Shown here in pieces: positions 1 to 9,780 of a DNA stretch of 64,000 nucleotides (its first letter is position 1; every line of letters starts with the position of its first letter). Below the pieces are notes generated by a model. The model saw only the letters and a list, made by a program, of their open reading frames with translations. It did no database searches and had not been told where the DNA came from. The DNA is taken from the NCBI GenBank assembly GCA_963709285.1, contig CAVPVR010000002.1, positions 65,491-129,490 on the forward strand. Direction: 5' to 3'. A program made the position numbers and the translations under genes. Source of the stretch: an uncultured delta proteobacterium. Its GTDB lineage: Bacteria; Desulfobacterota; Desulfobaccia; Desulfobaccales; 0-14-0-80-60-11.

Positions 1-228
1 GTCGGCGCGGGCCGCCAGGGAGGCCAGGATGCCTTTTAGTTGGTCAGCGTCTTTACCCGCGGCAAAGACCACCTCCGGGAAGCCCTGGCGCAAGGCCCGG
101 TGATGGTCCACCCGGGCGAAGCCCAAGTCTTCGAAGGGCAAGTGGCGGAGGCGCTCCAGGGCCTCGGCCACGCCGAGGCGGCCGGCTTGCACTTCTTTCA
201 GCAATTGCTCTAAGATTTTGGCGTCCAT
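1..228 (-). CDS. larB: LarB-like (AIR carboxylase-related) protein, N-terminal 76 codons; the gene runs off the left edge
   Basis: Own translation from the ATG at 228-226 gives MDAKILEQLLKEVQAGRLGVAEALERLRHLPFEDLGFARVDHHRALRQGFPEVVFAAGKD... This resembles the conserved LarB N-terminal region. The frame stays open to the window edge, so it is absent from the ORF track. Confidence 0.55.
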   Translation of the reverse strand, partial: MDAKILEQLLKEVQAGRLGVAEALERLRHLPFEDLGFARVDHHRALRQGFPEVVFAAGKDADQLKGILASLAARAD

Positions 229-360
229 GGGTTTTTTCCTGGATTTTCATTATATACGTTGTCCCACCCCCGAGGGAATGGTCCTGGCGGGAGATTTCCC
301 TGCCAGAGAAAGATTTATTACTGGGAGCGTGAACTAGATTAACTTTCACCCTCACCCTGA

Positions 361-382
361 CCCTCTCCCTCAAGGGAGAGGG
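361..382. repeat. C/G-tract palindrome (CCCTCTCCCT-CA-AGGGAGAGGG), member of the window-wide hairpin repeat family
   Basis: Perfect 10-nt inverted repeat read directly. It lies between the glycosyltransferase stop and the larB start. Confidence 0.6.
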
Positions 383-522
383 GATGAAAGGAAGGCTACA
401 ATAGTTAATCAATTTTTTGCACTGCAAAAAATGTTCTGGAAGGTGGAGACAGGCGGGGGCGGGTTTCAACCCCATCCTCGCGGGTTCTGGGCCTTCCAGA
501 AAAGAAAATCCATTTTTGCTTA

Positions 523-1659
523 TCATTCCTCCAGCGGTACCAGGATACCCTCCTGGGTGAGACGGTAGCGCCGGCCCTTCCAGACCACCTCATGCCCCAG
601 AAAGCTGGCGAGCCACAGACCGAAGGAAAGAAGGTCCTTCAGGGGCAAGAGGACTAGCGCTGTGGGGGGAAGGTTTCCCCTGAGGCACACGTTTTCGGAG
701 AACCAGGCCAGGACGACGCGCCCGGCCAGGGTGGCGGCCACCAGACCCAGGGCCCAGGGAGCCAGACCGCTGAACAGCCAGACGGCCAGGCTGAAGACCA
801 GGGCGTGGGTGATGCCATAGGCGAAGTAGCCCTTGGGGCGGCAGACCCGGTAGGTGCGGCTCCAGCGCAGTTGATGGGCCAGATAATCCCGGAAACTCAG
901 GCGGGGGTTCACCGTTTCCACCACATAGGGCAATAGGCGCACCGTGAAGCCCGCCTGGCTGATCTGCCAACCCAACTGGTAGTCGTCCGCCAGATAATCC
1001 GCCAGCGCGGCAAAGCCGCCAATACCCACCAGGGCCGTTCGGGTAAAGGCCATGGCCGCACCCAGGGCGAAACGGATGCCCTCCACGTAATGCGCCACCG
1101 CTACTGAGGGGATGAAATCAGCGCTGATGGTCAGGGCCTCAAACTGAGCCCCCAGGGACTCACTGGGGCCAGCCCGGTAGGGACAGGAGACCAGGCCCAC
1201 CCCGGGCTCTGACAAGGCCGCCGCCGCCCGGCCCAGGAAGTCGGGTCCCACCTTGACGTCCCCATCGGCCACCACCAGGAGGTCATAGCGGGCCTGGGGC
1301 TCGAGTTGGCAAAGGGTACTGACCTTGGGGTTTTCCCCCAGTTTCTCGGGGCAAAGAATCACCTCCACCCGTCCTGGGGGTGCAGCTTGGCGCAATTCTT
1401 CGAGGAGTGGCAGCACCGGGTCGGCGGGATCAGCCACCCCAAAGAGCACCTGGTAAGACTGATAATCCTGGGTGAGGAAGCTCTCCAGGCACTCCCGGGT
1501 CTCCGGGTCCAGGCCTGTGACCGGTTTAAACACGGTGATGCCGGGTGACTCCGAAGAAGACGGGCAGGGAAGCGGCTTCTGAAAGAAGCGCCACAGGGAA
1601 ACCAGGGCCAGCACCTGATAGGCCAGGGCGGCACACAGCAGGAGGAGCAGAGACATCAT
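523..1659 (-). CDS. Membrane glycosyltransferase, GT2/GT21 (ceramide glucosyltransferase / HpnI-like)
   Basis: 378-aa ORF with an N-terminal TM helix, a DGD (DxD-type) motif in VVADGDVKV, a QxxRW-type motif (HQLRWSRT), and C-terminal TM helices. Confidence 0.75.
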   Translation of the reverse strand: MMSLLLLLCAALAYQVLALVSLWRFFQKPLPCPSSSESPGITVFKPVTGLDPETRECLESFLTQDYQSYQVLFGVADPADPVLPLLEELRQAAPPGRVEVILCPEKLGENPKVSTLCQLEPQARYDLLVVADGDVKVGPDFLGRAAAALSEPGVGLVSCPYRAGPSESLGAQFEALTISADFIPSVAVAHYVEGIRFALGAAMAFTRTALVGIGGFAALADYLADDYQLGWQISQAGFTVRLLPYVVETVNPRLSFRDYLAHQLRWSRTYRVCRPKGYFAYGITHALVFSLAVWLFSGLAPWALGLVAATLAGRVVLAWFSENVCLRGNLPPTALVLLPLKDLLSFGLWLASFLGHEVVWKGRRYRLTQEGILVPLEE

Positions 1660-1839
1660 GGCCAGAAAAACAGTTCTTTATAATATCTTAGGAGTTCCCG
1701 ATAAAAAAGAAGGAAGATTTACTTAGGTGAAACAGATTGACGGCATATTGCAGCCACCATGACCATGTATGTTTATCATGAAAACCTGAAAATCTGGACT
1801 ATTGTCCGGTATCCAGGCGAGTCCCATTGAGGTTCAGCC

Positions 1840-2559
1840 ATGGCCATCGAAGCGGTCATTTTTGATCTATACGGCACCCTGGTAGATATCTGGACGGACG
1901 AAAGCGACCTGTCCGTCTATGCTACCCTGTGTAAGTTTCTCAATTATTACGGTATCTCTTTTGAGCCGGAGGAACTGGCGGCTCGTTACCAAGAGTCCGC
2001 CATGGCCCAACTTTTTGAGCACCCGGGCCCCTATGGTGAAATCGACGTTTTCCTGGTTTTTGAGGAGATTTTTGCAGAAGGTTTAGGAAAATCTCCGGAG
2101 CGGGCCCTGGTGGTCTGGCTGGCCCGTTTGTTCCGTTCTCTCACCTGCCGCCGTCTGGGCCTCTTTTCTGATACCCTGACAGCTCTAGAGAAGCTGGAGA
2201 AAAGTTATAACCTGGGTCTGGTCAGCGACGCCCAGTGGGTCTTCAGCGAACCGGAAATCCGCTTCCTGGGGCTGGAAAGGTTCTTTGAGACTGTGGTCCT
2301 CTCCTCTCGCTATTACGTGTCCAAACCCGCTCCCCAAATATACTCCCACGCCTTAAAGGCCCTACACCTCGCTCCTTCCCAGGCACTGTATGTGGGAAAT
2401 GACCCCTTAAGGGATGTGCCCGGCCCCCAGGCCATCGGCATGCCGGTGGTCCTCATCCACCGGGAAGGCCCCCGCCCCGAGGTCAAGGTGCCGGTCATCA
2501 ACAATCTTGAGGAGATACCGCAAGTTATCCGGAAACATTTCAGCGACCAGGGGACCTAG
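1840..2559 (+). CDS. HAD-superfamily hydrolase
   Basis: N-terminal motif I IFDLYGTLVD, and a late YVGNDPLRD motif typical of HAD subfamily IA. Confidence 0.8.
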   Translation: MAIEAVIFDLYGTLVDIWTDESDLSVYATLCKFLNYYGISFEPEELAARYQESAMAQLFEHPGPYGEIDVFLVFEEIFAEGLGKSPERALVVWLARLFRSLTCRRLGLFSDTLTALEKLEKSYNLGLVSDAQWVFSEPEIRFLGLERFFETVVLSSRYYVSKPAPQIYSHALKALHLAPSQALYVGNDPLRDVPGPQAIGMPVVLIHREGPRPEVKVPVINNLEEIPQVIRKHFSDQGT

Positions 2560-2843
2560 TTTTTGGTGGTGAAAATCAACCAAAGTAATGGCGATTATCC
2601 AAGAAAAACTGGAATTCATGAAGTACCCATTTGAAAACGGCTTTCAGAAAATCCGCCAGTTTTTACAATTAAGTACCAACCCCCACTCCTAAAACTGCCT
2701 GAAAGCTTACGGGGCCTGATTCCCATTTGCGAAACCCACAAATTTTTCATATAGTAGGTGGAAAACCTGGGGGAAACGGGGGGAGAACTGTGGGGAGAAT
2801 TACGCGTTTCAGCAGCCTGGGAAAACAAACAAATTTTTGGTGG

Positions 2844-3842
2844 ATGGCGCTCCTGGCCAGCCTTTGGGCTCTGACATTTGTCTGGCCGGTGGCCGCGCAA
2901 GAGGAGTGGGACGTCACGGCCCGCTCCTTTGTTATTATGGACGCCCAAACTGGGAAAATTCTTCTGGAATACAATTCCCGCCTGATGATACCACCAGCCA
3001 GCACCATCAAGGTGATGACCGCCAAGTATGTGCTGGACCACCTGAAGATGGACGACAAGGTGCGGGTAAGCGCGTACGCCGCGGCCGCCCCGCCCTCCAA
3101 GATTAACATCAAGCAGGGGGAGGTTTACACGGTGAAGGAACTCCTGTACGCCTTGCTCCTGTCCTCGGCCAACGACGGGGCCCGGGCCCTGGCGGAGGAG
3201 GCCTGCGGCAGTGAGGCCAAGTTCGCCCGAAAGGTCACCCAGCAGGTGCGGCAATGGGGCGCCTATCGCACCAACGTGGCCACCGCCAACGGGCTGCCGA
3301 AAGATAACCAGTACTCCACCGCCGAGGATCTGGCCGTTATCTTCCGCCGGGCCATGCAGGACCCGGAGTTCGCCAAGATCATGAGTACCAAATACTACCA
3401 CATCCGGGGAGAGCGGGAACTCCGCAATCACGACCGCTTTCTCTTCACTACCCCCCTGGCCAAGGGCGGCAAGACCGGCTACACCAGGGCCTCCAAGCAC
3501 ACCTACGTGGGCATGTTTCAGAATCAGGACAAGGTCATTATCATTTCCCTCATGGGGAGCAAGAAAAAGTGGGCGGACCTCAGGACCCTCATCGAAAAGG
3601 GCTTCGCCCTGAGCGGCAGGCCCATCGCCAAGCTCGAGCCCCGGGAGGAGAAGCTCCGCTTCGCCAGGAGACACACGGGCAACAGCATCAAAAAGGGGAA
3701 AAAGAGAAGGAGTAGTAAGAAGAGAGCCACAGGGAAGAAAAGATCATATAAAAAAAAGGCCAAGCGGAGCAGCAGCCAATCCCAGGTTTCGGTAAGCTCT
3801 CTGGCCGGGGTGCCGAGCAAGAAAAAAAGCCGGAGGAAATAG
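2844..3842 (+). CDS. D-alanyl-D-alanine carboxypeptidase (peptidase S11, PBP5/6 type) with a polybasic C-terminal tail
   Basis: SxxK (ASTIKVM), SxN (SSANDGA) and KTG (GGKTGYT) motifs. The signal-peptide-like MALLASLWALTFVWPVAAQ begins at the ATG at 2844. The track start at 2727 is TTG and adds non-homologous sequence. Confidence 0.85.
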   Translation: MALLASLWALTFVWPVAAQEEWDVTARSFVIMDAQTGKILLEYNSRLMIPPASTIKVMTAKYVLDHLKMDDKVRVSAYAAAAPPSKINIKQGEVYTVKELLYALLLSSANDGARALAEEACGSEAKFARKVTQQVRQWGAYRTNVATANGLPKDNQYSTAEDLAVIFRRAMQDPEFAKIMSTKYYHIRGERELRNHDRFLFTTPLAKGGKTGYTRASKHTYVGMFQNQDKVIIISLMGSKKKWADLRTLIEKGFALSGRPIAKLEPREEKLRFARRHTGNSIKKGKKRRSSKKRATGKKRSYKKKAKRSSSQSQVSVSSLAGVPSKKKSRRK

Positions 3843-3965
3843 GGGACCCCGAGAGCCTTTCTGCTCTCCTACAAAAGGCAGGCCAAGGGCCACCGGGTAG
3901 GCTCTCAGACAGGTTACCAAGCGAGATGCGGTCCTCTCTCCCGGGCTGATAAACCGCATCGTTTT

Positions 3966-4235
3966 TTGAAATCCATGAAGGGCCTGTTTAATAAAGTAAA
4001 AAACCGCCATACCCGCCAGCGCTTTGTGGTCTCCACCATCCGTAAGGGGGAAGACTTGTTTGAGACCGCGGTGTTCACCGCTACGTTGTTGTACATTCCC
4101 AAGACCCTGGCCAAGCCGGACCTGACAGTGGCGACCCTCAGCCAAGAGGAGGCCTGGGACATGCACTACCAGATCACGGCCCGCCTGACTATGGAGTATC
4201 CTGCCCGACTCTTCCAGGAATTCACCCCAAGTTGA
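3966..4235 (+). CDS. Hypothetical small protein
   Basis: 89-aa ORF (an ATG at 3975 is possible) followed directly by a hairpin plus T-tract terminator. No recognisable family. Confidence 0.35.
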   Translation: MKSMKGLFNKVKNRHTRQRFVVSTIRKGEDLFETAVFTATLLYIPKTLAKPDLTVATLSQEEAWDMHYQITARLTMEYPARLFQEFTPS

Positions 4236-4248
4236 CCGCCGTGGGTTA

Positions 4249-4274
4249 CTGTCCAAATTTCTGGACAGTTTGTT
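4249..4274 (+). terminator. Rho-independent terminator candidate
   Basis: CTGTCCA-aatttc-TGGACAG stem-loop followed by TTTGTT. Confidence 0.5.
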
Positions 4275-4543
4275 CACCCGCCTGAGCATAAGTACGCCTG
4301 CCGAAATTAAAGTTCCCTGCCGAATTGCCGATTAAATAAACGAAGAATTATCAGGTCACCGACAAGGGCATACTACGCCGAAAGGGTAGGACGCAAAGTC
4401 ACCGGCCTACAGCCTGCGGGCCAGGGTAGCGGGGCTGCCGAAGTGAGCGGCATTCCCACCACCTGTCTGGTCCCTTCCCTTTCCCCGTCGCCCTGTGGTG
4501 CCCCGTCAATTCTTTTTCGGAAGGATGGGCCCTGAGCCGGGGA

Positions 4544-4559
4544 TGGCACGTTCGTTGCT
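4544..4559 (+). promoter_or_regulatory. Sigma-54 (-24/-12) promoter candidate
   Basis: TGGCACgttcgTTGCT matches the TGGCAC-N5-TTGCW consensus exactly. It sits about 165 nt upstream of the tadE-like start. Confidence 0.55.
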
Positions 4560-4725
4560 CATTACCCCTGAGCCGAGTTGGAAGTTTCCCGGAGAACCGG
4601 CTGAAACTGCCTTCGTTTTGGTCCCGGTCCCGGGAGGCCTGCTTTAGCCTGGCCCAGGCCCGCCAACCGAGGCCTCCAGCCGGAGCGAGAGAATCCGGCA
4701 CAATTTTCGGTTATGGGGGGAAGCA

Positions 4726-5238
4726 ATGCGACTTCGATGGTTTACTGGCCCCCGGAGCCACCGGGGAAAGGGCAACGTCATCATAGAATTGGCGTTGGTC
4801 ATGCCCCTGTTTCTTTTCATTATGGCCGGGATTATAGACCTGGGACTGCTTTTCTGGGAAAAGCATGTCATAACCAACGCCACTCGGGAAGGGGCCCGAG
4901 CTGCGGCACAAGCCGTGGACACCGGCACTGCCGTGGTGGCGCGAATGACCCAGAGCCAGGTAAAGCAAGTGGTCCAGGACTACGTGGATAACTTCGGCCT
5001 TAAGAACCTGGACGGCTCTCCCATGGTATTGAACAGTACTAACTTTGCCTACAGCTGGGCGAACACCAGCTCGGGATCTGTTCTCAATGTGTCCCTGAAT
5101 CAAGTCCCTTACAAAATGATGCTTTTGCCCAATTTCAGCACCTTTTTTGGTGGGACCAGAACAAGCGGGGATGAGGCGTTTTACCTGACCGCTCAAACGA
5201 GCATGGCTGCGGAATGGAGTACTCCGCCCGGTCCTTGA
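4726..5238 (+). CDS. TadE-like pilus assembly/pseudopilin protein
   Basis: N-terminus RGKGNVIIELALVMPLFLFIMAGIIDLG matches the TadE/TadG N-terminal hydrophobic signature. A G-rich RBS precedes the ATG. Confidence 0.75.
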   Translation: MRLRWFTGPRSHRGKGNVIIELALVMPLFLFIMAGIIDLGLLFWEKHVITNATREGARAAAQAVDTGTAVVARMTQSQVKQVVQDYVDNFGLKNLDGSPMVLNSTNFAYSWANTSSGSVLNVSLNQVPYKMMLLPNFSTFFGGTRTSGDEAFYLTAQTSMAAEWSTPPGP

Positions 5239-5418
5239 ATGCGAAAAATTTGTGGCAAGCCCCTCGTCCGGGTGCGGCTTCTGTTTCAGGGAAGCCTCCA
5301 GGGCGGGTGAGTAAAGGAAACTGAGGGAGCATCTCCAAGGTGAGCGGTCTGGCGTTCATGCGGAGAATGCCCTCAACATTACTGAAACAAGAATTTGAGG
5401 TTATCTGGAGGTAAGAGC

Positions 5419-6414
5419 ATGTTGCGGAAATTCTGTCGACAGGAGCGAGGGGCGGTGGCACCCATCAGTGCGGTTTATATCATCGTAGCTATGGGTATTC
5501 TAGCCCTGGCCATCGACCTAGGACACATTTTCCTGGTGAAAAGTGAACTCCAGCGGGTGGCAGACTCCGCCGCCCTGGCGGGTGCCTTGCGGTTTATGAC
5601 CCCCAACACCGGTGTGACCCCCGGGGTGATGCCGGCCTCCCCGGATTGTGCCAGGGCCATTACGGCGGCCCAAGCTGTGGGCATGCAAAACGATACCGAC
5701 GGCCAGCAAACCACCCTGGCTAACATTGCCGTCAACCTGGGCACCTGGAACGGGTCCACCTTCGTGAACACAGGCTGCGCCAATCCCAATCTGGTGAACG
5801 CGGTGCAGGCAGTGGCCAGCAAAACCGCCGACATCTATTTCGGGGGCATCATCACGGGCAGCAACACCATCAATCTCTCTGCCTTAGCCACGGTGCTGGT
5901 TGGCTCAGTGGGCGGCTTGCCCCCCGGATATCCAACCCTGCCCATAGCGGTGGACTCCGACAAGCTACCTTCCAATGGCCAGAAGTTAGTGTTGCGACTC
6001 AACCCCACCCCGGGGGACGACGGTTGCTGGCACACCTTTTTCTGGCAAAACCCGGCTGCTTCGCTCGTTCGGGATATCATCAACGGAGATGTGGAGACGC
6101 CCCTCATTAAGGAGGGAGATTATATTAAGGTAAAAGAGGGAGTGGCCGCCTCTGACCTTCAGGCGCTGGGGCAAAAACTGCAGCAGAACGGGGGGACCTG
6201 GGATGTGGTCTTGCCAGTAATCCCACCAGACTCTCATACCGGGTACGCCAGGGTGGATGGTTTTGCAGCGGTGCGTATGACCTTAGTGGAATCCACAGGC
6301 GGCGACAAGCGCGTCGAGTTCGAAACCCTGGATAACAAGCTGGCCCCCACCACTCTCCCGGGCGGCAGCACTAATTTTGGCCTGTCCACTGGCTCTCCCC
6401 GGCTGGTAAACTAA
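5419..6414 (+). CDS. TadG-like (Flp pilus-assembly TadE/G-like domain) protein
   Basis: N-terminus ERGAVAPISAVYIIVAMGILALAIDLGHIFLVKSELQRVADSAALAGA. A GGAGG RBS lies 7 nt before the ATG at 5419. Confidence 0.65.
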   Translation: MLRKFCRQERGAVAPISAVYIIVAMGILALAIDLGHIFLVKSELQRVADSAALAGALRFMTPNTGVTPGVMPASPDCARAITAAQAVGMQNDTDGQQTTLANIAVNLGTWNGSTFVNTGCANPNLVNAVQAVASKTADIYFGGIITGSNTINLSALATVLVGSVGGLPPGYPTLPIAVDSDKLPSNGQKLVLRLNPTPGDDGCWHTFFWQNPAASLVRDIINGDVETPLIKEGDYIKVKEGVAASDLQALGQKLQQNGGTWDVVLPVIPPDSHTGYARVDGFAAVRMTLVESTGGDKRVEFETLDNKLAPTTLPGGSTNFGLSTGSPRLVN

Positions 6415-6665
6415 CGGAAGCCCGTGGGGGTTAGCCTACGGAGAAGACGAAAGAGAAGAAAGTTTTGTAAGGCGCTGCTTGTTGCACTGAAAGAGATATC
6501 TATGGGGGTGCAAGAGGTGCGAGGAACCTTGCGGACTTGCGCCCTTTTCTCCAATGCTAATCAGTTATGTTATTGAATGATCTGATATTCTGAGGGGGTG
6601 AAGTGCTTCTGTGATATTGACCAAGGGGTTGGTGTTCCTGAAATGCCTCTGCCATTCAGATAAAG

Positions 6666-7502
6666 TTATTGAAAATCTTCGTGTTCCGAGTTCTCCCCCG
6701 CCACGCCCCAGACCGCAATACCCGCCTTGTCCGCCAGGGCCAGCATCTCGTCCCGGTCGAAGATTAGAGTCTTGCCGGCCTCGACGCCCAGGACGCTGGC
6801 CTCCACCTCTTGCATGGCCTCGATGGTGCCTTCCCCCACCGCCGGCAGGTCAAAGCGCAGGTCCTGGCCGGGTTTGCACACCTTGACCACCACCGCCCCC
6901 GGACCGGCCAGGCGGCCCCCCCGACGGATGGTGTCGTCGGTGCCTTCGATGGCCTCGAGGGCGGTCACCACCTGGCGGCGCACCACCACGCACTGGCCCA
7001 GGTCCAGGCGGCCCAATTCCTTGGCGATGGTAAAACCGTAATCAATATCCTGGAGTTCCTGAGAGGTGGGCTGGCGGCGGGACAGGCGGCCCGGCTGGGC
7101 TAGCACGTCTTCGAGGAAGAGGAGAGGGGAGACGATGGTAATGCCTTCCTTTTCCAGTTCAGCAGCCAGGCCCCGGAGAAGGCGGTCGTCGTGGCCGGCG
7201 CCCACCCGGCGAACGAGATTCAGGGCTCGGAAATCCGGTCGGAAATCCCGAAAGAGACGGCCCCGACTGACCCCTCCGGCCATGACTGCCTGGGTCACCC
7301 CGGCCTGCTTAAAGGCGCGGATGAGTTTTCCCAGTTGCCCCACAGAAATCCATTGGCACTGGTGGGAGAGGGGTTCCAGGGCGGGGTCGGTCTCTCCCCG
7401 ATGGGCTACCGCCACCACCTCAAGGCCTCGGCGCCGGGCCGCTTGGGCAAAGAGCAGGGGAAACTTCCCCTTACCCGCGATGAGACCGATTTTCTTTGGC
7501 AT
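6666..7502 (-). CDS. lpxI: UDP-2,3-diacylglucosamine diphosphatase LpxI (DUF1009)
   Basis: MPKKIGLIAGKGKFPLLFA start, the LDLGQCVVV...ALEAIEGTDDTIRRGG core, and synteny directly after lpxA. Confidence 0.8.
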   Translation of the reverse strand: MPKKIGLIAGKGKFPLLFAQAARRRGLEVVAVAHRGETDPALEPLSHQCQWISVGQLGKLIRAFKQAGVTQAVMAGGVSRGRLFRDFRPDFRALNLVRRVGAGHDDRLLRGLAAELEKEGITIVSPLLFLEDVLAQPGRLSRRQPTSQELQDIDYGFTIAKELGRLDLGQCVVVRRQVVTALEAIEGTDDTIRRGGRLAGPGAVVVKVCKPGQDLRFDLPAVGEGTIEAMQEVEASVLGVEAGKTLIFDRDEMLALADKAGIAVWGVAGENSEHEDFQ

Positions 7503-8280
7503 CCACGGGCACCAGGCCCCGCTCGGAGCTCTCCAGAAACCAGAGGAGGTGCTGGACTTCGGGACAGGGGGGGATTTCCTCCCGGACCCGGGCCACGGCC
7601 TCCTTGGTGTTCAATCCGGAGGCAAAGAGAAGTTCGTAAGCCTGGCGGAGAGCTTGCAGGGTGGCGTCGGGAAAGCCGCTGCGCTTCAGGCCTATCAGGT
7701 TGAGGCCCACGAGTTTGGCCCGGTTGCCCACCGCCATGGTGAAGGGGGGCACGTCCCGGGGCACCGCGGAGGCCCCACCGATGAAAGCATGACGGCCGAT
7801 GCGGGAAAACTGGTGGACCGCGACGAAGCCTCCGAGAATGGCTTTGTCCTCCACGATGATGTGCCCGCCCAGAGTGGCGGCGTTGGACATAATGACGCTG
7901 TTCCCGATGGTGCAGTCGTGGGCCACGTGAGTATAAGCCATGAACAGGTTGCCATCCCCCACCCGGGTGGTCCCGCCCCCCCCGTCGGTGCCCCGGTGCA
8001 AGGTGGCAAACTCCCGGACGGTGTTGTCGTCGCCGATGATCAGGTAGCTGACCTCCCCGGCGAACTTGAGGTCCTGGGGAATTTCTCCCAAGACGGCGAA
8101 CTGGAAGATGCGGCAGCGGGCCCCGATGGTGGTGTGTTCCTTGATAACCACGTGGGAGCCAATTTCGGTGTCAGGCCCCACCACCACCTGGCTGTGGATA
8201 ATGCTGTAGGGTCCGACGGTGACTCCCTCAGCCAGTTCGGCGGTGGGAGCCACAATGGCGGTGGGGTGAATTCTGGCCAT
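7471..8280 (-). CDS. lpxA: Acyl-ACP--UDP-N-acetylglucosamine O-acyltransferase
   Basis: Left-handed beta-helix hexapeptide repeats, the MARIHPTAIV start, and fabZ-lpxA synteny. Confidence 0.9.
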   Translation of the reverse strand: MARIHPTAIVAPTAELAEGVTVGPYSIIHSQVVVGPDTEIGSHVVIKEHTTIGARCRIFQFAVLGEIPQDLKFAGEVSYLIIGDDNTVREFATLHRGTDGGGGTTRVGDGNLFMAYTHVAHDCTIGNSVIMSNAATLGGHIIVEDKAILGGFVAVHQFSRIGRHAFIGGASAVPRDVPPFTMAVGNRAKLVGLNLIGLKRSGFPDATLQALRQAYELLFASGLNTKEAVARVREEIPPCPEVQHLLWFLESSERGLVPVDAKENRSHRG

Positions 8281-8281
8281 G

Positions 8282-8731
8282 CTAGTCCTCTTTTTTGCCG
8301 ACCATGGCCATGAGCTCCGCTTCGGCCACGAGGTTGTTGTCTACTGTGGCTTTCCCCTCCATTTTGAAAACCGTTTTCCTGCCCTGCAAAACCAGGAGGT
8401 CCAGGATGAGCTGGTCCCCCGGCACTACGGGCCGGCGGAAACGCACCTTGTCCAAGGACATGAGGTAGAGGGCCGGGTTCCCCAGATTCTCCGGGGTGGA
8501 CAGCAGGGCCAGGATGCCGGCCACCTGGGCCATGGCCTCGACGATGAGGACCCCGGGCATAATGGGGTTGCCGGGGAAATGGCCGACGAAAAAAGGCTCG
8601 TTAACGGTGACGTTCTTAAGGCCCACGATATGCTTGCCCAGCTCGATAGTCAAGATGCGGTCTACCAGGAGAAAGGGGTAGCGATGCGGCAGGATGCGGA
8701 AAATTTCATCCAGGGTGGGCGGCTGGGTCAT
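8282..8731 (-). CDS. fabZ: 3-hydroxyacyl-ACP dehydratase FabZ
   Basis: [11 protein letters not shown]...[19 protein letters not shown] motifs. The start was set at the ATG at 8731 ([10 protein letters not shown]), overlapping the lpxD stop (ATGA). The longer track ORF adds a Gly/Pro-rich artefact. Confidence 0.9.
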   Translation of the reverse strand: MTQPPTLDEIFRILPHRYPFLLVDRILTIELGKHIVGLKNVTVNEPFFVGHFPGNPIMPGVLIVEAMAQVAGILALLSTPENLGNPALYLMSLDKVRFRRPVVPGDQLILDLLVLQGRKTVFKMEGKATVDNNLVAEAELMAMVGKKED

Positions 8732-9771
8732 GCTTCCGGCTTCCTTTCCAAGGGGGCGGTCAAGCGGGCCAACTGTTGTTCCAGGCGCCTCACTTTGCGG
8801 TAAAGGTCGGGGAGGGTGCGCCAGCAGGCCCAAACCCGGCGGGTCTCCTTGATGGGCCAGGCCGGGGTTCCCAGGAGCACCTGGTCCGGCGGCACTGAAG
8901 TGGTCACCCCGGCCTGGGCCCCGATCTGGGCCCGGTCTCCCACCTCGATATGTCCTATCAGCCCCGCTTGTCCCCCCAGGGCCACCCATTGCCCGATCCT
9001 GGTGGAACCGGCGATCCCCGCCTGGGCCGCCATCACGGTGTGGTCTCCCAGGGTGACATTGTGGGCCACCTGCACCAGATTGTCGATCTTCACCCCTTGT
9101 CCCACCCTGGTTTCCCCGAGGGCGGCCCGGTCGATAGTGACATTGGCGCCGATTTCCACATCGTCCTCGATGACCACGGTGCCTAATTGGGGGATTTTCG
9201 CCTGGCCCTCGGGGGTGGGGATGAAGCCGAAGCCGTCAGCGCCGATGACCGCCCCACTGTGAATGAGAACCCGCGCGCCCACCTGGCAGCGCTCCAGGAT
9301 GGTGACGTTGGGGCACAGGTAGGTGTCGTCCCCGATGACGGTTTCCGGGCCGACGTAGCACCCTGGCATCAGGGTGACCCGGTCCCCCAGATGAACGCCA
9401 TCCCCCACAAAAACCAGGGGACCGACGGCCACATCCCGACCCAGGTGCACTTCCGCGCCCAGGTAAGCCTGGTCGCTGATACCGGACCACCGAGGCCGGG
9501 CCTGGGCAAAGAGGGCCGCCACCTGGGCGTAGGCCAGGTACGGGTGGTCCACCACAATGAGGGGTTTGTCCAGGGCAGCCCACCGGGGGGAGACGATAAC
9601 GGCCCCGGCCTGACTGGCCTCGCCCAGGGGGGCGAAGCGGGGGTGGGCGATGAAGGTGATGTCCTCCGGCGAGGCCTGGTCCACAGGGGCCAGGCCTCGG
9701 ATCACCAGGTCGGCAGGACCCCGGAGTTCACCCCCTACCAGGGCCGCCAGTTCGCCCAGGGTCTTTTTCAT
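8728..9771 (-). CDS. lpxD: UDP-3-O-acylglucosamine N-acyltransferase
   Basis: 347 aa, an N-terminal LpxD domain (ITFIAHPRF), and a long hexapeptide-repeat beta-helix. Confidence 0.9.
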   Translation of the reverse strand: MKKTLGELAALVGGELRGPADLVIRGLAPVDQASPEDITFIAHPRFAPLGEASQAGAVIVSPRWAALDKPLIVVDHPYLAYAQVAALFAQARPRWSGISDQAYLGAEVHLGRDVAVGPLVFVGDGVHLGDRVTLMPGCYVGPETVIGDDTYLCPNVTILERCQVGARVLIHSGAVIGADGFGFIPTPEGQAKIPQLGTVVIEDDVEIGANVTIDRAALGETRVGQGVKIDNLVQVAHNVTLGDHTVMAAQAGIAGSTRIGQWVALGGQAGLIGHIEVGDRAQIGAQAGVTTSVPPDQVLLGTPAWPIKETRRVWACWRTLPDLYRKVRRLEQQLARLTAPLERKPEA

Positions 9772-9780
9772 GACAACGGT

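Noticed and set aside
53-526. 157-aa minus-strand ORF at the left end.
   Set aside because: It runs through the hairpin repeat and, in a different frame, overlaps the clearly LarB-like N-terminus (1-228). Its translation is Pro/Gly/Arg-rich.
4290-4725. Search for a Flp prepilin gene or a known ncRNA in the 430-bp leader upstream of tadE.
   Set aside because: No small ORF has a Flp-type G/xxxxEY hydrophobic signature. No tRNA, SRP, 6S or riboswitch-like conserved motif is recognisable by eye.
7066-8313. 415-aa plus-strand ORF across lpxI/lpxA. Similar cases are 9187-10110(+), 2616-3674(-), 15899-16648(+), 22719-23768(-), 27869-28744(-), 41350-42375(-) and 47876-48697(-).
   Set aside because: All are antisense to well-supported conserved genes and have no motifs of their own.
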